Shown here: one piece after another, positions 1 through 8,323 of the stretch
Position numbering within the stretch: the first letter of the stretch is position 1
Layout of the letters: each line of letters opens with the position of its first letter
From: Bacillota bacterium
GTDB taxonomy: Bacteria; Bacillota; SHA-98; UBA4971
DNA length: 58,337 nucleotides
Assembly (NCBI GenBank): GCA_033809295.1
Contig: JAPXLY010000002.1
Span: forward strand, 1 to 58,337
Direction: 5' to 3'
Notes under the pieces: model-generated
The model's database searches: none
Seen by the model: only the letters and a program-made list of their open reading frames with translations
Told to the model about the DNA's origin: nothing
Made by a program: the position numbers and the translations under genes

Positions 1-1
1 A

Positions 2-274
2 ATGGTGACGTCAGTCTATGGCGCTGTCAGGTTCTTCGGAGTAGCACTGGGTCCTCCGGCCTTTGGGTGGCTAATGGAACACGGGCGTTTTGTTGTCTTT
101 GTTCCCCCTGCGGTGCTGGCTGCTGGATCGGCGATATTCGTCATGCTCGCGCTCCAACTCGAGTTGTTGAAACCGCCTGGGGCGGGAGGCGGTGATCCGG
201 CTGCGAAAAACGCTGAAGCGCAGAGCAGCTCCGATCCTGGAGGCCCTCACAATTCTGGAGGCCCTCACAATTGA
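2..274 (+). CDS. 3' fragment of a membrane transporter gene (MFS-like C-terminus); the start lies outside the window
   Basis: The ORF is open to the left edge. It has hydrophobic helices (FFGVALGPPAFGWL, VVFVPPAVLAAGSAIFVMLAL) followed by a hydrophilic tail ending in a duplicated GGPHN unit (18-nt tandem duplication). The family call rests only on the look of the helices. Confidence 0.4.
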   Translation: MVTSVYGAVRFFGVALGPPAFGWLMEHGRFVVFVPPAVLAAGSAIFVMLALQLELLKPPGAGGGDPAAKNAEAQSSSDPGGPHNSGGPHN

Positions 275-406
275 CGAGCCGAATTGCCTAAGTCTTGGTG
301 GGCGCTAAGGCTGACAGTAATCCGTTTTGATTTTCCGGAGGCAAGAATCAAAAAGCGTCATAAGAAGGCGCCTAATAGAAAAGCTTAATAAAAAGCACGA
401 GCGATC

Positions 407-435
407 TTGCCCTCAGGCATTGGATATGCTATATT
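407..435 (+). promoter_or_regulatory. sigma-A type promoter for tRNA-Ser(GCT)
   Basis: TTGCCC (407-412), 17 nt, TATATT (430-435), with TGC immediately upstream of the -10 (extended -10). It lies about 65 nt upstream of the tRNA 5' end. Confidence 0.6.
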
Positions 436-502
436 ATCAAGTGCCGGGGCGAAACCTGGGAACGGGTTTCAGTTCAGCGAAAACAAATAAGTTGACCTAA
501 GC

Positions 503-597
503 GGAGAGATACCCAAGCTGGCTGAAGGGGAAGGTTTGCTAAACCTTTAGGCGGTGCAACAAACCGCGCGGGGGTTCGAATCCCCCTCTCTCCGCCA
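503..597 (+). tRNA. tRNA-Ser (anticodon GCT), CCA encoded
   Basis: Acceptor GGAGAGA/TCTCTCC; anticodon stem AAGGT/ACCTT with loop TTGCTAA; long variable arm; T arm GGGGG-TTCGAAT-CCCCC; discriminator G plus CCA. Confidence 0.9.
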
Positions 598-643
598 TTG
601 CTTTTCCCTCAATCCCACAGGATTAGGAGTCTCTCGTGAAGAA

Positions 644-1834
644 TCACACTTGGATTCTAGGCCGGCATCTTTTTTCGAGTTTTCCTAACAAATCGTGGGG
701 ATTTTTTACTTTACTTAAGAACATCATGGCTGCAATAATATAGGGTTTGAAACTTGCCTGCTTATATAAAGGAATCCTGTACCGATCAAACACAGAAGCT
801 TCGACTTCACCCTCTTTACAGCTCACACCGGAAATATCCGCAGGCAAGCAATGCAAATAAAGTGCTTTACCATCTTCTGTAGTCCTCATCAATTCCTCTG
901 TGCATTCCCAGTCTTTATGATTGGCATTCTGGGCTAAAAGCTCTTTTTCCAGGACTTTTATCCCATCAAAATCATTTTTCTCATAGAGTACAGTCCGTTT
1001 TTTCATAGCTGAGAAAGGCGCCCAGCTCTTTGGATACACAATATCAGCATTCTTAAATGCCTCTGCCATATTATTAGTCTTTGTGAATGTTCCACCTGAT
1101 TCTTTGGCATTCCGGATGGCAATATCTTCGACTTCACTCATTACTTCGTAACCTTCCGGATGAGCTAATACCACTTCCATGCCCATTCTAGTCATTAGAC
1201 CTATGACGCCTTGTGGAACGGAAAGGGGTTTACCGTAAGAAGGCGAATATGCCCAAGTCATCGCTAGTTTCTTGCCCTTCAAGTTTTCTACGCCACCAAA
1301 ATAGTGTATGACGTGCAGCATATCTGCCATTGTCTGAGTGGGATGATCAATATCACACTGTAAATTCACCAGGGTAGGCCTTTGCTCCAGCACCCCCTCT
1401 TTATGTCCTTGCTGCACAGCTTCTGATACTTCACGCATGTAGGCATTGCCTTTTCCGATATACATATCATCCCGAATGCCTATAACATCTGCCATAAATG
1501 AAACCATATTTGCAGTCTCTCTGACTGTCTCACCATGCGCAATTTGGGACTTTCCCTCATCTAGATCCTGTACTTCAAGGCCTAACATATTGCATGCAGA
1601 CGCAAAACTAAAACGCGTGCGGGTGGAAAAATCGCGGAATATAGATACCCCTAAGCCACTGTCAAATATCCTAGCGGAAATATTATTTTCTCTTAAATAG
1701 CGCAAAGCGTCTGCTACAATGAAAACCGCGCCCAGCTCGTCTCTGGTTTTCTCCCAAGTTAGCAAAAAATCATTATTGTAGAGTCCTTCAAAATCAAGTT
1801 GCTCCAGCTTTTTCATGTAATCGTTTAATACCAT
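644..1834 (-). CDS. ygeW: YgeW-type carbamoyltransferase (ATCase/OTCase superfamily)
   Basis: STRTR carbamoyl-phosphate motif (FSTRTRFSFASA) and HCLPA motif. The ~396-aa length and the N-terminus (DFLLTWEKTRDEL...ENISARIFDSGLGVSIFRD) resemble E. coli YgeW rather than ArgF/PyrB. The start is set at ATG 1834 because AAGGAG lies 7 nt upstream; the longer ORF to 1942 has no RBS. Confidence 0.8.
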   Translation of the reverse strand: MVLNDYMKKLEQLDFEGLYNNDFLLTWEKTRDELGAVFIVADALRYLRENNISARIFDSGLGVSIFRDFSTRTRFSFASACNMLGLEVQDLDEGKSQIAHGETVRETANMVSFMADVIGIRDDMYIGKGNAYMREVSEAVQQGHKEGVLEQRPTLVNLQCDIDHPTQTMADMLHVIHYFGGVENLKGKKLAMTWAYSPSYGKPLSVPQGVIGLMTRMGMEVVLAHPEGYEVMSEVEDIAIRNAKESGGTFTKTNNMAEAFKNADIVYPKSWAPFSAMKKRTVLYEKNDFDGIKVLEKELLAQNANHKDWECTEELMRTTEDGKALYLHCLPADISGVSCKEGEVEASVFDRYRIPLYKQASFKPYIIAAMMFLSKVKNPHDLLGKLEKRCRPRIQV

Positions 1835-1962
1835 CAATATTCTCCTTTTCATTGTATTTTTACTATTGTTACACACCAACACCTTTTCACAATTAAAGTC
1901 AAAGATGGCATTTTTCCCCTTATGATTATACGCTATCATCATTTTAAGAGCAAGACAGTGGG

Positions 1963-3030
1963 TCAGTTACAGGCCTTTTTGAGCAGAGAGTATACTTCGC
2001 TATTCTTAACGCGCGGGTTTTCTTCCGCATAATCAAAGGCAGTTTTGCCCTCGTTCGACTTGAGCTTGCCATCAGCCCCGGCATCGAGCAGCACCTCGAC
2101 AACCTCAGGGTTATAACTGCATCTTGCCGCATTCATCAGTGGTGTCAAACCGCCTTCGCCGGTTGTGCCGGATTTCATGCTCTTCGCTATCTCTGCCTTG
2201 ACCTTTTCAAGAGTCAGAAGGTGCATCATGGGATAAACATACATATTCCATTTGCATTCGTGCCTAGCGTTGACATCAGCGCCGGCTGCTATCAATGCCT
2301 TGATAACATCGGGGTCTTGGTTAAATGCTGCAGCACCCATCAGCGGTGTCCAACTGTTATCGTCTCTCGCATTGACTTCAGCGCGTGCTGCCACAAGCGT
2401 CTCAATAATCTCGGCGTTACGGGCAAGTATCGCAGCTATCATCAAAGGTGTCATACCTAGTTCGTTTCTTGAATTGACTTTGGCGCCACCGGCGATCAAC
2501 GCCTCGACAACCGCGGGGGAATCGGAATATGTCACTCCATGATCCAGCGGTGTCCAGCCGTTATTGTCTCTTGCATTCACTTCTGCTTCTGCTGTTATCA
2601 ACGTTGTTATGATCTCGGGGCAGTTATTGGATTTTGCAGCGATCATCAGGGGTGTCGTACCTTCTGAATCTCTCGCATTTACTTTAGCACCTGCTCCTAC
2701 CAGTAAATTGATAATCTCCGGGTTATTAGTGTATAGTGCAGCCATCCTTAGCGGTGCCAGGCCGCGTTCGTCTTTCGCATTCACTTCGGCGCCTGCCTCT
2801 ATTAATATCTTGATGACCTCAAGGTTTGCAAAAGGTGATGCCACTGCGTCTATTAGTGGTGTAAAACCTTCTCTGCTTTCCGCATTGACATCAGCGCCTG
2901 CTGCTATTAGGGCGCGTACCTCGGCTGCGGTCCACCAAGGATTGAAAGGCAGCAAAGAAGGGGCAGCCTCGGCAATCAAACAGGGGAATAGAGCAAGAGC
3001 CAACACGCTTAGAACGAAGATTCTTTTCAT
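1963..3030 (-). CDS. secreted ankyrin-repeat protein (about 8 repeats)
   Basis: N-terminal signal peptide MKRIFVLSVLALALFPCLIAEAAP. Repeated G-x-TPL(M/I)xAA...(L/V)(I/L)xAGAxVNA units (GFTPL, GLAPL, GTTPL, GWTPL, GMTPL, SWTPL, GLTPL, GKTAF). The start at 3030 has better AAGGAG spacing than 3036. Confidence 0.85.
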   Translation of the reverse strand: MKRIFVLSVLALALFPCLIAEAAPSLLPFNPWWTAAEVRALIAAGADVNAESREGFTPLIDAVASPFANLEVIKILIEAGAEVNAKDERGLAPLRMAALYTNNPEIINLLVGAGAKVNARDSEGTTPLMIAAKSNNCPEIITTLITAEAEVNARDNNGWTPLDHGVTYSDSPAVVEALIAGGAKVNSRNELGMTPLMIAAILARNAEIIETLVAARAEVNARDDNSWTPLMGAAAFNQDPDVIKALIAAGADVNARHECKWNMYVYPMMHLLTLEKVKAEIAKSMKSGTTGEGGLTPLMNAARCSYNPEVVEVLLDAGADGKLKSNEGKTAFDYAEENPRVKNSEVYSLLKKACN

Positions 3031-3411
3031 AATCATGTCTCCTTCTCATATAGTGGGATATCTCTTCTTGCTTCTCTGCGATTTCCTGCTGGATTAGATA
3101 TGTGTCTGTGAAATTCGATATGGTCTGTCAATTGATTCCATAGAAACGGCAGGATTCCTTCTTGTTTAAAGGCCACAAAGACAGGTCGTTTCGCTTCAAC
3201 GTTTCTGTTTCACAACGATTGAGGTACATATTTACAGATTGAAATGGGATAGTTCCCGTTCGAGGCATGAATCCAGGGCGAATTCTTTAATGTGAGGTGT
3301 CCTATTCTCGACCACCAAAGGCCCGATGGGTGGTGGAAAACAGGGCAAATCTCTTATGAATTGATCGCTACATCGCAGCCAGGGTTAATTGAGCGTAAAG
3401 CCTTTGAGGCA

Positions 3412-3440
3412 TTGACAGAACCCTGAAGCTCGATTAGAAT
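3412..3440 (+). promoter_or_regulatory. sigma-A type promoter for tRNA-Arg(TCG)
   Basis: TTGACA (3412-3417), 17 nt, TAGAAT (3435-3440), 13 nt before the tRNA. Confidence 0.6.
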
Positions 3441-3453
3441 CAAGTTGCCAAGC

Positions 3454-3529
3454 GCGCCCGTAGCTCAGTGGATAGAGCGTCTGACTTCGGATCAGAAAGC
3501 CGGGGGTTCAAATCCCTCCGGGCGCGCCA
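3454..3529 (+). tRNA. tRNA-Arg (anticodon TCG), CCA encoded
   Basis: Acceptor GCGCCCG/CGGGCGC; D arm GCTC-AGTGGATA-GAGC; anticodon stem TCTGA/TCAGA with loop CTTCGGA; T loop TTCAAAT. Confidence 0.9.
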
Positions 3530-3664
3530 TGTTTTAGCTGGGGTTCTATAGGGTTCCCGGTTTACCCGGAGCCCTATTTTGACTGAGAAGGATGTCTTTA
3601 ATCTGCACTTCTTCCTACAAAGCTGATAAGGTATTGTCTATTCGTCAAAAGAATATGGTTATAT

Positions 3665-4639
3665 CTATGGTTCCTCAAACAGGGTAGGTTGGGGATTGAT
3701 CAAGGTTACACACTCACCCCGCATGATAAGGTCGTAGATTTCCGATGCATGAGCCAAGTCCCTATGATAGAACCGAAAAGCTGACGTAGCAACATAGTTC
3801 AACTCAAGCTCCATTGCAATCCACCTTCTGCCAAGGCTCTCTGCCGCCTCACCGGTGGTATTTGATCCAGCAAAAAAGTCCAGGACTAGGTCGCCCGGGT
3901 CAGTAAGAAACTTGATAAAGAATTCCGGGAGTTCCACTGGGAACCTTGCCGGATGTGCCTTGATTCCAAGTTCTCTGCAACATCGAATATACTGCGAGTT
4001 GCTGTCAGAATTGGAAATGGTCAAAAGATTCGACGGGATAGCTCCACCCTTGTCTACACCAAAATTCAGCGAAATGCTATGACCGGAAGGTCGTTCTTTG
4101 GGCTTATAGAATTTGTCTGGATCGCGTAAGAGTTTCTTCATTCGATCGGAATATGGTACTAGAACTCTTCTTACGTCTGCCTTGGGAAAGTGACTCTTGC
4201 TAAACCACCACACGTGGTTCACGGCATCTTTCGCCCGAATCTTGCGTTTATTGACCCATTCTATTGGTGACGGGAGCTTTGACGGGTTGTACCAAAAGAA
4301 TTCCTCCGCTAAATGATAACCCAAATCTTCGCAGAATCGGATGAGAACCTTATAGGGGTAAAGAGATCGAACAGGCTTTCCTCTCTGGTACGCACCCCCA
4401 ATATCCAGTACGAAGCTACCGTCCTCCGTCAATTTGCTTTTCACCTTAGATGCAAAAACAGAAAGCCAGTCTACGTATTCCGATTGAGGTCTATTACCAT
4501 ATTCTTTCTGGCGCTGAAGAGCAAAAGGAGGAGAGGTTATTGCTAGCTGCACCGATGAGTCTGGCAGCATCTCGATAAGCTCCAGGGAGTTTCCACAATA
4601 TGCCTTCCCGAGCTCTGTAAGATAGTTGGGTTGGTTCAC
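3665..4639 (-). CDS. DNA methyltransferase, beta-class amino-MTase (N4-cytosine or N6-adenine)
   Basis: Motif IV as LAITSPPF lies near the N-terminus and motif I as LVLDFFAGSNTTGEAAE near the C-terminus (beta-class permuted order). GTG start at 4639 with GGGAG upstream. No endonuclease-like ORF lies next to it. Confidence 0.85.
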   Translation of the reverse strand: MNQPNYLTELGKAYCGNSLELIEMLPDSSVQLAITSPPFALQRQKEYGNRPQSEYVDWLSVFASKVKSKLTEDGSFVLDIGGAYQRGKPVRSLYPYKVLIRFCEDLGYHLAEEFFWYNPSKLPSPIEWVNKRKIRAKDAVNHVWWFSKSHFPKADVRRVLVPYSDRMKKLLRDPDKFYKPKERPSGHSISLNFGVDKGGAIPSNLLTISNSDSNSQYIRCCRELGIKAHPARFPVELPEFFIKFLTDPGDLVLDFFAGSNTTGEAAESLGRRWIAMELELNYVATSAFRFYHRDLAHASEIYDLIMRGECVTLINPQPTLFEEP

Positions 4640-4742
4640 CGTGCTCCCGACCTTCTATGCCTGAAATGTGGACAGCGAATAGAATCTCGAGCAAAGTCCA
4701 GACTGCAGATTACTATGTCTGATACGCCCTTAGACCATCTTC

Positions 4743-5951
4743 TCACTCATACCGCAAGGCCTCCACAGGATTTAACCTTGCCGCCCTGCTCGCTGGGTAT
4801 ATACCGAAAAAGAGCCCGACGGCCACGGCAAAGGCAAAAGGAATAAGCACCGAGACCGCAGAGATGGCGCTGGGCCATCCCGCAACCCGGGCTGCGATTT
4901 TCGAACCGGCAATTCCTACGATGATTCCTATCGCCCCTCCTAAGACACTTAGGACAATGGATTCGATAAGAAATTGCAGTAGAATATCGATGATCCGTGC
5001 GCCTACAGATTTTCGCAGTCCGATCTCCCTTGTTCGTTCGGTTACAGACACAAGCATTATGTTCATAACCCCGATCCCGCCGACGAGAAGCGAGACACCG
5101 GCAATTCCGGCAAGGAGCACGGTGAATACGCGAGTGACATCTTGAGCTGCCTCTAATACATCAGCTTGGTTGCTTACGGAGAAGGCTTCAGCCTTGCCTA
5201 ATCGGGTAGTCAAGACTGATACTATTTCATCATTTGCCAAGCTCATGGATTTTGCATTTCGTGCCTGGGCGTATATTGTCCGCACGTACTTCGTTCCCAG
5301 GATGCGCTTTTGGGCAGTTGTTATCGGAACATAGACGGTATCATCTATGTTCATCATCGCGCTTTGGCCTTTCGTTTCCATGATGCCTATGACCGAAAGA
5401 CGAGTCTCACCGATTCTGATTTCTTTTCCTATCAGGCTTTCCTCGGGCGAAAGTTCATCTACAATACCCTGGCCTACAACGGCTACTTTGCTTGCGGAGT
5501 GCACATCCACATTGGCGAAAAACGCGCCTGCGCTAACGTTGAACGCCCTTACTGACAGATACTCAGGTGTCGTAGCGACAAGCTGGGTTTGCATGCTGCC
5601 TGTCCCGTACTTCACTTGTACACGGCTTGAGATTTCCGGAGCGACTGCGAGAACAGAGGGACATTCATCGCGGATGGCTTCTACATCGTCCAGGGTGAGA
5701 ACATCCATGCTTCCGAATGCGCCCATGGTTCGCACACCGGGTTCTCTCATTCTGCCGGGCGTAACAACGAGAAGGTTAGAACCGAGCCTCTGAATCTGCG
5801 ATGAAACCTGGAGATTGGCGCCTTCTCCGATTGCCACCATGATGACAACTGCAGCAACTCCTATGATTACACCCAACATAGTGAGGCCGGACCGCATCTT
5901 ATTGGTTCTAACGCTTATCAGTGCCACGCTGACGCATTCCAGTAAACTCAT
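4743..5951 (-). CDS. ABC transporter permease, MacB/FtsX family
   Basis: N-terminal TM helix, large extracytoplasmic domain, then a C-terminal FtsX-type 3-TM bundle (REIGLRKSVGA motif). ATGA overlap with the upstream ATPase gene. Confidence 0.9.
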   Translation of the reverse strand: MSLLECVSVALISVRTNKMRSGLTMLGVIIGVAAVVIMVAIGEGANLQVSSQIQRLGSNLLVVTPGRMREPGVRTMGAFGSMDVLTLDDVEAIRDECPSVLAVAPEISSRVQVKYGTGSMQTQLVATTPEYLSVRAFNVSAGAFFANVDVHSASKVAVVGQGIVDELSPEESLIGKEIRIGETRLSVIGIMETKGQSAMMNIDDTVYVPITTAQKRILGTKYVRTIYAQARNAKSMSLANDEIVSVLTTRLGKAEAFSVSNQADVLEAAQDVTRVFTVLLAGIAGVSLLVGGIGVMNIMLVSVTERTREIGLRKSVGARIIDILLQFLIESIVLSVLGGAIGIIVGIAGSKIAARVAGWPSAISAVSVLIPFAFAVAVGLFFGIYPASRAARLNPVEALRYE

Positions 5952-6712
5952 CCTGCTTTCACCTCTCCGGAGACCTCTTCTCGGAGACCTGCGATTAGGC
6001 TGTCCAGTGATTCGTCTCTGTCTGCTATTGTCCTGACGGATATAGCCTCGTCCGATACAATGAGTCCGTCCAGGAATCTGACAATTCTCTTGGAGTAATT
6101 GGCAATATCAGCGTTATGGGTGACTATGACCACAGTAATTCCACTGTCATTCAATGCCTGAAAAATAGCCATTATTTCTCTGCCGGCTTTCGTGTCAAGA
6201 TTACCGGTAGGCTCGTCTGCAAGGATAATCTTAGGGTGTGTGACGAGACTCCTTGCTATGGCGACTCGCTGTTGCTGGCCTCCTGAAAGCTCCTGAGGTT
6301 TATGCATGAGCCTTTCTCCGAGCCCTACTGCTTCCAGCGCACTTGCAGCAATAGACCTTCTGTGGCGCCTCGGCACACCTCTGTATATTAACGGCAACTC
6401 CACATTGGCAATGGCATTAAGCCTCGGCAACAGGTTGAAAGTCTGAAAGACAAACCCAACCAGTTGATTTCGTATGCGGGCAAGCGCTCTATCGCCCATT
6501 TCGCTGACTACAATACCGTCCAGGGAGTATGAGCCTTCAGTTGGTTGGTCAAGGCAACCCAGCATGTTCATGAGGGTGGTCTTGCCTGAGCCTGAGGGGC
6601 CCATGACAGCAACAAATTCACCTTTGTCAATATAGAGAGACACTCCTCGTAGGGCAGGAATCTCAATGTCGCCGATTCTGTAGATTTTCGTTAAGCCATC
6701 CACTTCGATCAT
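5948..6712 (-). CDS. ABC transporter ATP-binding protein (MacB/LolD-type)
   Basis: Walker [10 protein letters not shown], signature LSGGQQQR, Walker [13 protein letters not shown]-loop VTHN. Confidence 0.95.
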   Translation of the reverse strand: MIEVDGLTKIYRIGDIEIPALRGVSLYIDKGEFVAVMGPSGSGKTTLMNMLGCLDQPTEGSYSLDGIVVSEMGDRALARIRNQLVGFVFQTFNLLPRLNAIANVELPLIYRGVPRRHRRSIAASALEAVGLGERLMHKPQELSGGQQQRVAIARSLVTHPKIILADEPTGNLDTKAGREIMAIFQALNDSGITVVIVTHNADIANYSKRIVRFLDGLIVSDEAISVRTIADRDESLDSLIAGLREEVSGEVKAG

Positions 6713-6748
6713 GTTTAAGTCACCCCGCCGAGATGCTGCTTTCCAAGT

Positions 6749-8323
6749 CTATCTTCCACCTGAGAACCCGCTTCTGCCTGACCCAATCGTACGTTGCATC
6801 GCTCCGCCGGGCATGAATTGCATCATTGGGTTTCGCTCTCCTTCTCGGATGCGGGCAGGGACAGTGCCTGCCGTGCCTGTGCCGGAACTGGGTATTGCCA
6901 CCATTTCACCTGCTTCAAGCCCGGAAATGACTTCTGTGAACGTCCCGTCAGATATTCCAAGTTGTACCCGTTTGAAGGAAGGTTCCTTGTTTTCGTCAAG
7001 GACGCGAGCCATGACGAGGCCCCTGAAGCTTTCCAGCGCTGCGTTGGGAATGACGAGCACATTGGATCGTTCATCGACGATAATATCCACATCTGCGGTC
7101 ATGCCTGATTTCAAGGCCCCACTGTCATCGGTGACTTTGACCGTCACTTCAAAGTACACTACGCCGCTGATTACTTTGCCCTGTTCAGCGACACTTTCAA
7201 CAACGCCTCTGAACACCGTTCCCGGAATGGACTCCACCATAACATCTGCCACCTGTCCTGCTTTGATGCTATGGACATCTGTTTCATCAACGTTTGCCAA
7301 AATGTTCAGGTGTTTCAGATCTGTGACGACCGCAAGGGCGTTGGACTGCCCTGCCGTCTGTCCCGGTTGAGCGGAGACTTCGGTTATCGTTCCGTCTATA
7401 GGCGATACGACGTTGGCAAGACTCACGTTGCGTTCTGCTGAGCTGACGGAGTTTCTCGCTTGAGCCACCTGTGCCCGGGCTGTGAGGAGCTGCTGTTCGA
7501 TATTGGTGGATTTTTCATTTGCCTCTGCTACTTTCAGATTTGTCCTTGCCTGGGCTACTGACGCTTCAGCCGCAGCCAGCTCCACCGGGTCAGGGTCTGC
7601 CAGCAGAAGGTCCAGCTTCTGCTCTGCAGCTTTAAGAGATTCAACTGAGGTCAGGAATTTGCTTTCCGCGCTTTCCAGTTGCTGGCGGGTTACCGCTCCT
7701 TGCTCAAATAGGGTTTTATACCGATTATATTCGTTTTCTGCATTATCACAGTTAAGCTGCGCTTGTCTGACTTGTATCTTAGCCTGGTCTATGTCTTGAG
7801 ACTTCGCTCCCTCCTTAAGCTGAGCCAACTTGGCTTCTGCGTTCAGAAGGCTGACTTTTGCCTGCTCTACCTGAAGCTTGGCCTGGGTCGGCGCGAGGCC
7901 GGCTTGATTCTCTACCTCTTGGAGTTTAGCTTCGGCAATGGCAAGGTTATCTCCGGCTTCTTGAAGGCGTTCCAATACGTCTTGTTTGTCAAGAGCAACC
8001 AGCAGTTGCCCCTTTGTTACAACGTCCCCCGTCTTCACAAAGACATGGGTTATTGTCGAGCTAAGCTTAGGCGTAATCTGGTATACTGCCCCTGGCTTTA
8101 CTGTACCGGAAGACGTAATCTTCAGCGTGATGGCGCCGTTTCTCACGGGAACAAGCTGGTACAGGTCACCTGATTCCACGGTTTTTCGGCGTTCTGTGTT
8201 ATTCCTGTACCACGCATATCCCGCCACCGATACCGCGCACAGGACAAGGATGACAAGAGGTGTGCGCCACCGTCCCGTTTTGCGCTTGGTATTTACCGTG
8301 CCTTTGCCTTTCATTTCTTCCAC
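6749..8323 (-). CDS. HlyD/MacA-family periplasmic adaptor with a long coiled-coil hairpin
   Basis: N-terminal TM anchor, lipoyl/barrel segments (GDVVTKGQLLVALD ... SPIDGTITEV) flanking a ~200-aa Q/A/E/L-rich coiled coil. It overlaps the upstream TolC gene. Confidence 0.9.
   Translation of the reverse strand: MEEMKGKGTVNTKRKTGRWRTPLVILVLCAVSVAGYAWYRNNTERRKTVESGDLYQLVPVRNGAITLKITSSGTVKPGAVYQITPKLSSTITHVFVKTGDVVTKGQLLVALDKQDVLERLQEAGDNLAIAEAKLQEVENQAGLAPTQAKLQVEQAKVSLLNAEAKLAQLKEGAKSQDIDQAKIQVRQAQLNCDNAENEYNRYKTLFEQGAVTRQQLESAESKFLTSVESLKAAEQKLDLLLADPDPVELAAAEASVAQARTNLKVAEANEKSTNIEQQLLTARAQVAQARNSVSSAERNVSLANVVSPIDGTITEVSAQPGQTAGQSNALAVVTDLKHLNILANVDETDVHSIKAGQVADVMVESIPGTVFRGVVESVAEQGKVISGVVYFEVTVKVTDDSGALKSGMTADVDIIVDERSNVLVIPNAALESFRGLVMARVLDENKEPSFKRVQLGISDGTFTEVISGLEAGEMVAIPSSGTGTAGTVPARIREGERNPMMQFMPGGAMQRTIGSGRSGFSGGR

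Noticed and set aside
1835-1942. Longer N-termini given by the ORF track for ygeW (to 1942), the LysM protein (to 18874), azlD (to 37422), the RRM protein (from 15478), recR (from 55969) and others
   Set aside because: In each case an internal start has a proper Shine-Dalgarno sequence at 5-12 nt and yields the family-typical N-terminus or signal peptide. The extensions lack RBS and homology-like features.
2221-3097. + strand ORFs (2221..2460, 2252..2542, 2564..3097) opposite the ankyrin gene
   Set aside because: These are antisense shadow ORFs of a repetitive, Ala/Gly-rich gene. They give low-complexity S/A-rich translations, have no RBS, and the ankyrin frame has clear domain signatures.
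3454-4742. A tRNA-Arg-associated genomic island or prophage remnant
   Set aside because: There is no integrase, no excisionase, and no direct repeat of the tRNA 3' end that I could find downstream. Only a single methyltransferase gene is present. This is retained only as a low-key possibility in the findings.
4631-4846. 71-aa + ORF next to the methyltransferase as a possible restriction-enzyme or controller partner
   Set aside because: It overlaps the 3' end of the MacB permease gene on the opposite strand, has no nuclease or HTH features, and has no RBS.
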